In this document: positions 38,901 through 58,096 of the stretch, in pieces
Numbering within the stretch: position 1 is the first letter of the stretch
Layout of the letters: each line of letters starts with the position of its first letter
From: Scenedesmus sp. PABB004
Taxonomy: Eukaryota
Direction of reading: 5' to 3'
Length of the DNA: 64,000 nt
Assembly (NCBI GenBank): GCA_014905635.1
Contig: JABVCE010000008.1
Location: 1 to 64,000, forward strand
Translations under genes and position numbers: made by a program
Notes under the pieces: generated by a model
The model's input: only the letters and a program-made list of their open reading frames with translations
Database searches by the model: none
What the model was told of the DNA's origin: nothing

Positions 38901-41900
38901 CGGCGGCGCCGCGCCCGCGCAGGCGTGCGTGCCACGGCCTGCGCGCCATGGCCCGCGGGTCGCCACGCGCTGCGCCGCCCGCGCGCGCAGCTCGTCGGCG
39001 ACGCGCCCCCCCTGTACGGCGGCCGCCCCGACCGGTCTGGCAGCCTCGACCGCCTGCTGACCCACCCGGCTGGCTTCGACCCCGAGGACGGCGTGCGCAG
39101 CGAGGCGTCGTCGTGCGACCTGGTCACGCACACGATGGACCACGTGCGCGCCGGGCGCAGCCCGCCGCGCTGGCGCTCGGGGCCGCCGGTGCCTCCTCTG
39201 CCCCCTCATGCCGCGCCGCCGCCGCCTTTGCTGCTGCCGCCGCGCGCAGGCCATGGAGGAGCGCCGCACGTCGCTGCTGTCTGGTCTCAAACGGCACTTC
39301 CGCTTCAAGGCGGCCGAGGGCCTGCTGTCGGCCACCAGCGTGCGCCTGCTCTGCTCGGCCTGCGACGACGCGCTGCTGCGCCCGCGCTCGGCGCTGGACC
39401 TGTGGGCGCGCGTCAGCGGGTCGATGAAGCACCGCGGCGTGTTCTACCGCTCCCTGGCCACCCTGCACCTGCGCCTGCGCCACTGGCAGACCGACCTGCT
39501 CCGGGCGCAGGGCGGCACGGGTGCGCGGTGGCCTGCGGGGCGGCCGCGCAGTGGCGGAGCGCGTGCCGCGTGCCGCGTGCCGCGTGCTGCGTGCCGCGTG
39601 CCGCGTGCCGCGTGCCGCGCACCGCCATCGCCGCCCCGCCGCCGCCGCCCCGCCGCGCTGCAGACGGCGGCCCCGCGCTCTGGAGCTGGGTGCTGAACAC
39701 GCCGGTCGCCGAGGCCAGCGGCTTCCTCCGCCGCGTGCTGGGCCAGGTGCGCGGCGGCGGCCGCTCTGCGCGCCGCGCGCAGCTGGTGCCGCCGGCCCAC
39801 CCCGCTGCGCCGCCCCGCCGCACTGGCGCTCTTACAAAGGCCGCCATGTTTGACATGGAGCTTGCGCTGGAGCTGTGGCTCGCGCTCACGCTCGGGCCGC
39901 ACGCCAAGATGCTCCAGCTGTCGCAGCACCCCGCCGCGGGCCTGCTGCTGGTGCGCGCTGCGCCACATGGGCTCTGCGCGCCCCGGCCTGCCGCAGTGCA
40001 GCGGCACAGCGCCGCCGCCGCCCCCGCCGCTCTCCGGCCGCCGCCGCCGCAGGAGGAGCTGGCGCAGCAGGCGGGCGCGGCTTGGGGTTTTATTCAGCAG
40101 CGCCAGGTCGAGTCGCCGGACGAGTTCGTGGCGCTGCAGACCCACAGGGTCTCGCTTGCCATTGCGCGGCGGCAGCTCGCATTTGCAGAGCGCCTCGCCG
40201 AGGTGGGCGGCAGCGTGGCGGAGCGCTGCGACGCGCTCCGGAGAGCGCGCGCCCAGCGCGCCTGCGCCGCCCGCAGGTCGGCGTCGTCGAGGAGACGGCC
40301 TCCGAGGCGCTGCTGGAGGCGGTCGAGAAGCGGCTGCACAGGTGCGGCGCGCCGCCATGCGGGCGCCGGGGGCCCTGCGTGCGCTGCAGCGGGATCCACC
40401 GAGCCGACGGCCGAACCGCTGCGCAGGCTCGAGTCGCACGGCCCCGCGTGGCACCAGCCGAGCCTGGCCGAGACGCTCCGCCGCCAGCCGTGCCTCGCCG
40501 CCGCGCCGAGCGCGCTGCTGGAGTGGGTTAGAGCGTTCAGCGAGCTGCGCGCGCTCAGCCCGGGGCAGTGCGTGGTGCCGCGGCGGGTGAGCCGCGCAGC
40601 ACCGCGCATGTGTGGGCGCGCGCAGCGGCGGCTCCGCGGGCGGCGGCCCTGACGGGGGCCGCCTGCCCCGCTTCGCGCACCGCACCCGCGCCCCGCTCCG
40701 CCCGCAGCGCCTCGGCCCGCCGGGCGTGTACGTCGTGCTGTCGGGCCTCGTGCGCGTGGAGGTCACGCGCGGCACGACGCGGCAGGTGCGCTACGTCGGC
40801 GTGGGCGGGTCGGTCGGGTTCGTGGAGAGCCTGCTGGGGCGCGACATCAACGGCATGGCCCTCGTCGCCGCGTACGGCCAGGTCCGGCGCCGCAGCGCGC
40901 GTGCCAGCCCGCAGGGCGCGGGGCAGCGCGCAGCACGCGCCGCCCGCGCCCACGCCACCCGCGCTGCTGCGCCTGCAGGGCAACGAGCTCGGCCGCGGCC
41001 CGCTCCTGCTGCGCCTGCCGCTGGGGCTGCTGGGCGCGGTTCGCGAGCGCGCCATGCCGGCGGTGGAGGCCGCCGGCGGCGGCCCCATCAGCGCGCTGCC
41101 CACGCCGCCCGGCGGTGAGGGGCAGCACGACGGGCACGACGCCCTGCCGGCCGCTGCGTACGCGCAGCTGCTGCTTGACATGTTCAGGCAGGCAGGCACG
41201 CTCATCCTGGACCGCATGGCCGACAGCCTCGCCCGCCAGCTCAGCGCGCACCTCGAGGCGGCGGCGCAGAAGCTGCTCGACACCGCGGCGGCCATGCCCG
41301 CCGACCAGGCGGCGGCCGCGCTGCAGCCGCTGCTGCGCAGCCTGGCCGGGGGCCCGGGCGGCGACGCGGCGGCCGGGCTCGCGCCCGAGGCCGCCGCGCG
41401 CGAGGCGGCGAGCCTGACGCCCGAGCCGGGCGAGGAGGACGGGGCCGCGACGACGCTGCAGCTGAGCCGGCTCGCCGCCGCGGCGGCCGCGCGGCTGCGC
41501 GAGCTGATGCGGAGCGCCACGCTCGTCAAGCTGGAGCCCGGTGGGTGGCACGCGCTGCGGCCGCGGGCGGGGCGTGCAGCCGGCCGCGGGCGGGGCGTGC
41601 AGCCGGCCGGCTGCGCCGCGCCCGCCCCGCGCACACACCCCGCGGCCCCGCCGCCGCGCGCAGGCGGCGCGCTCGTACAGGCGAGCAGCGTGCTGCTGCT
41701 CACCGGCTCCCTGCTGCGCGGCCCCGCCGACGGCGTCCCCGCCACCGGCGCTGCGAGCGAGCAGCCGCGCGCCAAGAAGGGCGGCCTGTTCTCGCGCGGC
41801 GCCCCCAAGTCGCCGGCGGCGCCCGCGCCCGCGGCAGAGGGCAAGGCAAAGGTGTTCACCGCGCCCCTACTGCTCGCCTGGGGCGCGGAGCTGGTCGACG

Positions 41901-42091
41901 CGCTCTCGCCGCGCTACGACGCGCGGCCCCGGCACTATGCGGCCGGCGCGGCGGGGGCGCTCCTGCTCGTCGTGCGCGGCGGCGCGCTGCAGGCGCGCGC
42001 GGGGCCCGGCGAGCGCTTCCGGCTGGCGTCAAATGTGCCGCTGCCCCGAAGCGTCGCGCCGGCGGCGGCGGCGCAGGACGGCGGGTCGTGA
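35988..42091 (+). CDS. SOS1/NHX7-like CPA1 Na+/H+ antiporter with long cytosolic tail including a cNMP-binding-like region; ~17 exons
   Basis: FLPPLLLDSA, GAMLGSTDAVAVSAILK, LLEGESLFNDASSIV, SGVIGVV, FWDVAGFVMN, GGLRGALALIL, FTLTVNA, DEMLRGVDW; tail has GVYVVLSGLVRVE. Confidence 0.87.
39561..39618. repeat. (GCGTGCC)n heptamer tandem repeat in an intron
   Basis: About 8 units, one variant (GCGTGCT). Confidence 0.9.
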
Positions 42092-42515
42092 TGAGGGCGG
42101 TGGGCGGGCGGGGCTTTGCAGGCGCTCTCTTTTAACAAAACTGCACTGCGACCGTCGAGCTGAGCACCCACCGCAACCGCCCGGCATCGCCTGCCGCGCC
42201 CGCGACCGCGTTCCGCTGGCGGCGCCTCCTGCCGCGACGACAGCTGCGCCGCTCTGTGCGCCGCCGCCGCCCTCCGCGCCCGGCGGCCCGTGATCTTGCA
42301 TTGAGGCGTGTCCCCGCCTCCCAGCCGCCTCGGGGCTCGCTCGCAGCGCGCAGGGTGGCGCGGGGCGGCGCGGGCGACGGTCGCTGCCATCCACCTGCGC
42401 TCGACGCGCCGCCGTTTGAAGCCTGAGCAGCGCCGCGCCGTGCGGGGCCGCCCCCGTCGTCGCGGGGCGCGCCGCGTAGCACCTGCGAGGGGCGCTTGCG
42501 ACCCCCCTGGCAGCC

Positions 42516-45405
42516 ATGGCGCAGCCGGCGGCGTGGGCGACGAGCGACTGCGTCGCGGCGGCGTGCGGCACGGTGGTCAAGGTCTGGTCCCCGGGCGCGC
42601 CCGGCGGCGAGATCAAGATCTTCGAGGGCACGCCCGTCTTCTCCATCGACTTCAGCCGCAACAACAAGGTCCTGGCTGTCGCGGGCGACAAGGGGCAGGT
42701 CGTCGTCTACAGCTCCAAGGCGCAGCCCGGCGGCGAGCGCGCGGTCGGGCGCTTCCCGGCGCTGCCGCGCGCCGGCCTGGACGGCATCACCACCGTGCGC
42801 TTCTCGCCCAACGACGCCCACCTGCTGGGCGGCTGCCGCGACGGCACGCTGCGCGTGTGGTCGCTGCGCGCCAAGGAGGACGAGCGCGTGATCGCCGGCC
42901 TCACCGGCGCGGCGACGTCGCTCGCGGTCAGCCAGTCGATGGAGGTGCTGGCCAGCGCGAGGTGAGAACGCGCACGCTCGGCGGCAGCTGGCCAGCCGCC
43001 CGCGCACAGCGCGCGCACGTGCGCCGCCGCCTGACCCGCGGCCGCGCGCCGCCACCCCCCGCAGCGCCACGGGGCAGGTGCTGCTGCACAGCTTTGCCAG
43101 CGGCGCCAAGAAGCGGACGCTGCTGCGCGGCGGGCCCGGCGCGGCGCGCGCGGGCAGCCTGAGCTTCAGCCGCGCGGCGCCGGGCCTGCTCGCGGGGGCC
43201 ACGGGCGCGGGGCAGCTGCTGGTCTGGGACCTGGACGCGGCGGGGCCGGCGGAGGAGCTCGCCGCGCACAAGGCGCGCCGCCCGCGGGGGCGGGCGGGCG
43301 TGCCGCGCTCCGCCCCGCGCCGCGCCGAGCCCCCCGCTCACGCGCGCCTCGCCGTGCCCGCCGCAGGGCCCCGTGACGGGGCTCGCGTTCTCTGAGCTCG
43401 ACCCCAGCCTGCTGCTCAGCTGCGGCAGCGACGGCGTGCTGCGCTGCACCGACCGCCGCACGGGCGAGGTGCGCGGCGGCGGCGGCGGCGGCGGCGGGGG
43501 CGGCAGCGGCGGCGCGGCCCTGCGTGGGCGTCGCCTGCGGCTCACGCGCTCGCGGCCCGCGGACACACCGCAGGCGGCGTGGTGCGTCGCCGGGCGCACG
43601 CCGCTCACCGCGCTGTCGGCCAAGCACGACGGCCAGCTGCTGGCGGTCGGCACCGCGAGCGGCAGCGTGCTGGTGTACGACCTGCGCGCCGCGGCCCGCG
43701 GCGGCGCGCCGCTGTCGGCCACGCAGTTCAGCGACACCGGCGCCGCCGTGAGCGCCGTGCGATGGCAGCACCAGCACGCCTCGCGCGCGCCGCGGGCGCC
43801 CGGCAGCGCCTCGGCGGCCGCCACCGCGCCGGCGGGCCCCGCGACCAGCGCCGCGACCGGCGCCGGCAGCGCCGCGACCGGCGGCTGGCAGCAGGGCCTG
43901 GGCGCGGCGCAGTGCACGCCCGAGCCCGCCGCCAGCACCGGCGCGTGGCCGGGGCCGCCTGCGGTGCGGGGTGGCGCGCTGCGCAGCGTCACGCCCGAGG
44001 CCTCTGCGACCTCCATCAGCGCCAGCGTGGTGCGCGGGGGTGGCAGGGGGTGCTGTGTGTGTGGGGGGGGGGGGGGGGTGCAGGCCGGGGCCGCGGCCGC
44101 CGCGCGCGTGCGCCTGCGAGCTCGCCGGCGCCCTGGACCCCGCCCCCGCCCGCCGCCCCGGCGCGGCGCCCGCAGGACTACGGGCTGCGCGCGCTGTCGC
44201 CAGTGCAGCTCTACGACGGCGCCTCGCCCGCCGGCAGCGATGGCGGCGGCGGCGACGGCGCTGGCGCCGCGCTGCGCACGCCCGAGGGCGGCGGCCTGTC
44301 CACGCCCGCCGACTCGCTGGCCTCGCGGCCGGGCGGGTGCGGGTTCATGCTCACCCCCGGCATCGGCCTCGCCGGCGCGGGCGGCCACGACGGCCGCGCG
44401 CCGCCGCCGCTCGACGCCACGCCCGCGAGCAAGCCGCCGCCCGCGCCCGGCGCGGACGCGGCGGGCGCCGCCAGGCGCGCAGAGGCCAAGCCGCCCGTGC
44501 CGCCGGCGGCCGCCGGCACGGCCGAGGCGGCGGCGGCCGCCGGCCGCGCGCCGCCGGCGGGCGCGGGCTCGGGCGCGGCCGGTGGGGCGGGCAAGGGCCC
44601 CGCGTCGCGCAGCAGCAGCAGCTCCTCCCTGACGGCGGCTGCCGCCAGCGCGCTCGGCAGTGCCAGCCGGCCGGGCGCGCGCGCCGGGGCCGCGGCGCCC
44701 GCCGCCGCCGCCGCCGCGGGCGCGGCGGGCGGCCCGCTGAGCCGGCGCGGCTCAGGCAAGGCGGGCGACGCCGACGCCGGCGCCGGCGCTGGCGCGCCGC
44801 CGGCCGAGCGCGCGGGCGGGCTGGCGGGCGACGGCGGCGCCGCGCGGCCGCTGTCCGCGGTTGGCGGGGGCTGCGTGAGGACGTGTTCCGGGCGTACGTG
44901 GACCAGGCGATGGCGGTGAGCCGGGGGCGCGCTGCGGGGGCCGCCCGCGGCGCATGGGGCGCGCTGCGGCGTCAGCACAGCGCGCGCGCTGCCGCGCCCG
45001 CGCGCCGCCGCCCGCCGGCCGGCCGGCCGACCGCGCCGCGCCGCCCGGCGCGCGCCGCCGCGGCGGGCAGGAGGTGCGGGGCGACATCAAGGCCATGCAC
45101 CTCGACATGCTGCGCCAGTTCCACCAGGCCCAGGCGCGCCGCGCCGCGCCGCGCCGCGCCGTGCATGCCCCACGCCCGCGCCGCGCCCGCGCACGCCAGC
45201 GCGCCCAGCGTGTGTGCCCACGCTCCTTCCCCGCCGCCCGCTCGCGGCGGCGCAGATGGACTTGGTGAGCGTGGCGGACGGCCTGGCGGCGCGGCAGGAC
45301 CAGCTCGCGGCGGCGATGGGCGAGCTCGCGGCGGCGGTGCAGGGCCTGCGCAGCGCCAAGCACCACCCCGCGGGCGCCGGCCTCGGCGCGGTGCCCTGGC
45401 TGTGA
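42516..45405 (+). CDS. NEDD1: NEDD1/GCP-WD-like WD40 protein (gamma-tubulin complex recruitment); apparent 1-nt frameshift near 44870
   Basis: N-terminal WD40 repeats (GCRDGTLRVWS, AHK|GPVTGLAFS, LLAVGTASGSVLVYDLR), a low-complexity linker, and C-terminal helix EVRGDIKAMHLDMLRQFHQAQ resembling the recalled NEDD1 C-terminus. Confidence 0.78.
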
Positions 45406-45769
45406 CGCCTCGCGGCGGGGGACCTCGCGGCGGCGGCGGCGGCATTGCAATTGATCGCACACCTTGCCCGCCTCCCCTCGCTCTGCCCGCGCGCGGGCAT
45501 CACTGCTTTGCCGCCGCCGCGGCGACGCGGGCACCCGCCTCCCCAGCCCCCGCCTGCCTGCAGGCGTCCGGCCCAGCGCGCTCGCTCGCCGCCGGCGGCC
45601 ACGGCAATCACAGCGGCGGCAGCGGCAATCACAACCAGCGCCCCTCAACCCCACCGCCGCTGCCCAGTCGGCAGATCGCAGTGCGTGCAGCGCGCAGTGC
45701 CCCCTTGCCCCCTTGCAACCCCGCAGCGCTGCGCCAGAGCCCTGAGCTACCCGACCACGGCCAGCCCGC

Positions 45770-53655
<7,886 letters not shown>

Positions 53656-54081
53656 GCCGGCCGACGCGCCCAGGCCGTCCGTTGCGTGTTCACGGTTGCG
53701 CCGCTGCTCGTCGCCGGCTGGAATGCGGGGCTGGGCGCGGCTGGCGCTGCGCTGCAGCTGCGCGCGTGCGCGGCGCTGCGTCCCCCGCTCGCTCGAGGCG
53801 CGCAACCGGCGGAGTGCCAACGATCGGGGAGCGAGGCGCGGCACGACGGCCCAGCTCGCGCTTCGGCGGCGGCGGCGGTTGGCGGGACGGTCGCACGAGC
53901 GGTTGCTCGATCGACCGCCGCTCACACTGCGCCAAAACTGCGGTCCGCCTCGCCGCTCACGCGAGGCCCGCCGCCGCCGCGGCGCCGCGCGCCGCTCGCC
54001 GCGGCACGAGCCGCCGGCTCGCGCGCGCGCGTGCGCGCGCGCGACTCCCAGCCCCCCGCCAGGCCGCCGCCGCGCGCTCGC

Positions 54082-56157
54082 TCACGCGCTGCCCGCGCCG
54101 GGCGCGCCGATGTAGCGCAGGAGGATGCCGTCGTTGCCGAGGATGAAGCCGTTGCGGCCGCCGCCGGGCCCGGGGAAGAACTTGATGGCGTAGAGGTTGC
54201 CCGCGACGCCGTCAGTCGCTTTGTCGCGGCGCCAGGTCTTGCCACCGTCGGCGCTCTTGAACAGGCTGCCGCTGCCGCCGCACGCGTACGCGACCTCGGG
54301 GTTGAGGAAGCTGCGGGGCGAGCGGGAGCGGCGGCGATAGGGCGGCGGTCAGCGGGTCGGCGGGGCTCGCTGGAGGCAGGGCACGCGCGCGCTGCCGCCG
54401 CGCCTCGCGCTGCGCCCGCTCCCTGCCCCCCGCGCCCCGCGCCCCGCCGCCCCGCGCCGCCGCCGCCGGCGCGCACCCGACGTCGAGGATGCCGAAGCCG
54501 CGGCTGTTGAGCCCCGCGCTGCTGTACGCCTCCTCCTCGATGCCCGGCTTGGCGTTGATGAGCACCTCGCCGCCGCGCGTGGAGAGCCAGATCGCGTTGG
54601 CGGGCGTCCAGCCCATGTTTTGCAGCCGCCGCGCGGCGGGGCGGTTGTGGGGCTGCCAGTACTCCTGGCCGGGGGACCAGGTCATGTAGAAGTTGCCGCG
54701 GCTGCTCACCGCGACGTAGTCGCCCGACGGGCTGCGCGCGATGTTGCTGAAGCTGCCCTCGTAGTACGAAGCGCCGCTGATGCCTGCAGGCGTGAGTGGA
54801 GGGGGCGGTGGGGGGCGCAGCGGCGGGCGGGCGCGGGTGAGCGCGTGCGCTGTGGTGTGCGTCGCGGCTGGCGGCGCGCCGCCGCCCCCGTCTGTCGCCC
54901 CCGGCCGCCCTCCCGCCCCGCGGCGCCGGGCCGCACCGCTCGACACGGTGCGGTTGAGCGTCGCGTCCACGGTCTCCATGACCGCGGCGGACCAGGTGTA
55001 GGCCTTGTTGTTGGTCACGTAGATCGCGCCCTGGTCGGTCGTCAGCTCGGCCTGCCCCGGCTCGCCCGGCAGCGCGGTGATGACGAGCGGCGCGCCTGCG
55101 GCGGCGCGGCGATGACGTCGGCCGGCAGCGCGGCGGCGGCGGCGGCGGCGCGTGGGCGCGCGGCGCGGGCCGGCGCGTGCGCGGCGCCCGCAGCCCCGCG
55201 CCAGCCCCGCGCGCCGCTCCACCCCACGCGCTGCCCGCCCTGGCGCCCCGCCGCGCCGCCGCGCCGGCCGCACCCGGCAGCTTGGCGCTGAGCGGGATGC
55301 GCTCCCAGCTCTTGCCGCCGTCGCCCGTGTGCAGCAGGATGGCCGGCTTGCCCACGATCCAGCCCTCATCCCCCGCAAAGGAGATGGACTGGAAGCGGTA
55401 GTTGAAGCCCTCGTCCTTGGCGGCCTCGATCTCGCGCGCCGCCCAGCTGTTGCCGCCGTCAAAGGTCTCCAGCAGCGTCTGCCGCGTGCCCAGCAGGAAG
55501 CCTGGCGCGCCGGGCCGGGGGATGGAAGGATGGGGGGGGGGTGAGGCGCGTGGCGCCCTACGGGCGCGGCGCGGCGCGGCACGCGGCGCGCGCGCACCGT
55601 GGTTGGGGTCGGAGCCGGTGAAGCCGATGTCCAGCAGCACCACGCCCTTGTCCACGGGCAGGTCCACCTGGCGCGGGGCGCGACGGCGGGCGCGTGACGG
55701 CGGCGCCGGCGGCGCGGCGCGGCAGCAGCAGCGCCGCTGGCGTCCGCGGCCCGCGGCGCGCCGCGGGCGGCCCGCCTGCGCGCGGCGGGGCGCGCACCTG
55801 CTCCCAGTCGCTGGACAGCACCTTGATGGCCTCCGCGGGGCCCGGCGCCGCGAGCGGCAGCGCGGTGGCCGCGCCCAGCGCCAGGCTGCTGCTCAGCAGC
55901 GCCCTGCGGCCCAGCGCGCCCGCCTCCGCATCTGGCGCCGCGCTCGCACGGCATTGCGCGGCGCGACCACGGCCTGGACGCGCCGGCGCGGCGGTGAAGG
56001 CTGCGGGCGCGGCGGGGCGCGGTGAGGCACCGGCGCGCATCGGCGTCTCTCGAGCCGCGACGCCGGCCCCCGCGGCGCTGCCGGGCGCACCACGCTGCGA
56101 CGACGACGTCCACTCCCGCACGCCACCGCGCGCGGGGGCGCGCGTGGTGTACGCCAT
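54082..56157 (-). CDS. HCF136: Photosystem II stability/assembly factor HCF136 (Ycf48)
   Basis: Twin-arginine leader LGRRALL...[80 protein letters not shown]. Start codon uncertain. Confidence 0.95.
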
Positions 56158-56689
56158 GCTCGAGAGGCCTGCGCTGATGGGTGGTGGTCGCGCGACGCTT
56201 CTGCCCCTGGCCGCGTTGACGGGTGCTGGCGTCGAGGCTGCGGCAATGACGGTCAGGCTGCGCAGTGACGGCCGCGAGCGAGCGCGCTGCTGGTCCCGCG
56301 GCGGCGCGCGCCCCTGTGGCTGCCGCCGCCCTGCGCCCTGCGCCGCTGTCGCCGCACTGCAGCCTGCACCGCCCACCCGCGCCGCCCTCGGCGGCACTCC
56401 CCAGCGGCCAGCGCTGTTCTCCGGCCTCCCCAGACGTGCCAGCCGACGCCCACGCCGCGAGCAGCACGCCATCACCTCGCCAGCCCCGGCGCCAGCTCTC
56501 CCCCCGCGGCATCGCGTGCGGGGTCGGATCACGTGCCCGGCCGCGCCTCCGTGGCATAGCGGCCGCAGCGCCAGCAGCAGCAGCAGCCCGCCGGCGCGGC
56601 GGCGGCAGCAGCGCCGCGCCCGCCGCCGCTGCGGCGCGCGCGCCCCGTCCCGGCCGGCGCGCCCCCTGCTGGGCTGGGCGGCGCCCCTG

Positions 56690-57055
56690 ATGGCGGCCGC
56701 GGTGAAGCCGTCGCGCGGGCTCAAGTTCTGCCCCCAGAGCAACGACCTGCTGTACCCGCGGGAGAACAAGGAGCTGCGGCGGCTCGAGTACTACTGCAAA
56801 AACTGCGACTACGTGCAGGCCGCAGAGCCGGGGGAGCACTGCGTGCACGTCAGCGAGCTCAAGCACGACGCCAAGGAGCAGACGGTCGTGCTGCAGGACG
56901 TCACCGCCGACCCCACGCTCCCGCGCACGCAGGAGGTCACGTGCCCAAAGTGCTCCCACAACGAGGCCGTGTTCTTCAGCGCGAGCAGCGAGCAGGGCAT
57001 GACGCTCTACTTCAACTGCCTCCTCTGCCAGCACCGCTGGCGCGACTACGTCTGA
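56690..57055 (+). CDS. RPB9: RNA polymerase II subunit RPB9, single coding exon
   Basis: LKFCPQSNDLLYPRE...CKNCDY, DVTADPTLPRT, CPKCSHNEAVFF...MTLYFNCLLCQHRW. Confidence 0.95.
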   Translation: MAAAVKPSRGLKFCPQSNDLLYPRENKELRRLEYYCKNCDYVQAAEPGEHCVHVSELKHDAKEQTVVLQDVTADPTLPRTQEVTCPKCSHNEAVFFSASSEQGMTLYFNCLLCQHRWRDYV

Positions 57056-57426
57056 GCCGCGCCGCGGCGCCCACGGAGCACGCGGCGGCGCGGAGCACGC
57101 GGCGGCGCGAGCATGCAGCACGCGGCGGCGCCGGCGCGCGCGTGTGCGCGCGGCGCGGGCGGCCGCCCGCGGTCGGGCGGGCGCGCGGGGCGAGAGCGGG
57201 TGGGCGGCGGGGGCGCGCTGCGCTGGGCCGCTGCAACACGCGGCAGCGCGCGCGCGAGGCGTGGTGGGGCGCCTTGTTGCGGCGCGGCAACAACCAGGTC
57301 GTTTACCGTCGCAAGCAGCCCCCCCCCCCGCCGCGCCGTGCGCGTGGCCAGTGTGCAGTGCTCCCCTCCCCTCGGTCACGCGCGGCGCGCGCCAGTCGCG
57401 GCGCGGCCGCCCCCGCCCGCCCCAAC

Positions 57427-58061
57427 TCAGATGCCGCCGGGCAGGCCGTCGAGCCCGGCGCCGCCCTGCCCGGGCGGCAGCAGGCCGCCGCCGCCGGGCG
57501 CGTGGCCGGGCGTGGGCGCGTCGATCATGCTCTCCACGGCCATGGGGTCCAGCCCCGGCAGCACCGCGAGGTCGAGCGCGCTCGCGTCCAGCCCGCCGCG
57601 GCTCTGCAGCTGCTGCTGGATGGGGTCGCCCGCGGGCGCGCCCGCCGGCGCGGGCGCCGGCGCGCCGCCCCCGCCGGCCGCGCCGGGGCCGCCCATGAGC
57701 AGCGAGTCGACCGCCGCGGCGGCGAGCAGCGACGGCGGCGGCGTGCCGCCCGGCTGCGGCGCCACCACGGGCGACGTCAGCACGAGCGCCTCGAGCCCCG
57801 GCGACGTGACGCCGCCGGGCGCCGGCGGCGGGCGCGCGTGCGCGCCGTGCAGCGCCTGCGCCTGCGCAGCAGCTTGCGCCGCCTGCACGTCCGCCGGCGA
57901 CGACAGAAGGCTGCCCGCACCGCCGCCCGCAGCGGTGGGCGTGCCGGCCAGGCCCGCCGCGTCGGAGGCGCTGACCATGCCTGGCGACACGATGCCGACC
58001 GCCGCCATCATGGCCTGCTGGTGCTGGTGCTGCTGCTGCATCACTGCGTGCTGCATCGCCG

Positions 58062-58096
<35 letters not shown>

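Noticed and set aside
38875..38990. An additional GC donor at 38923 in the SOS1-like gene
   Set aside because: An in-phase GT donor at 38875 explains the junction equally well, so it was not counted.
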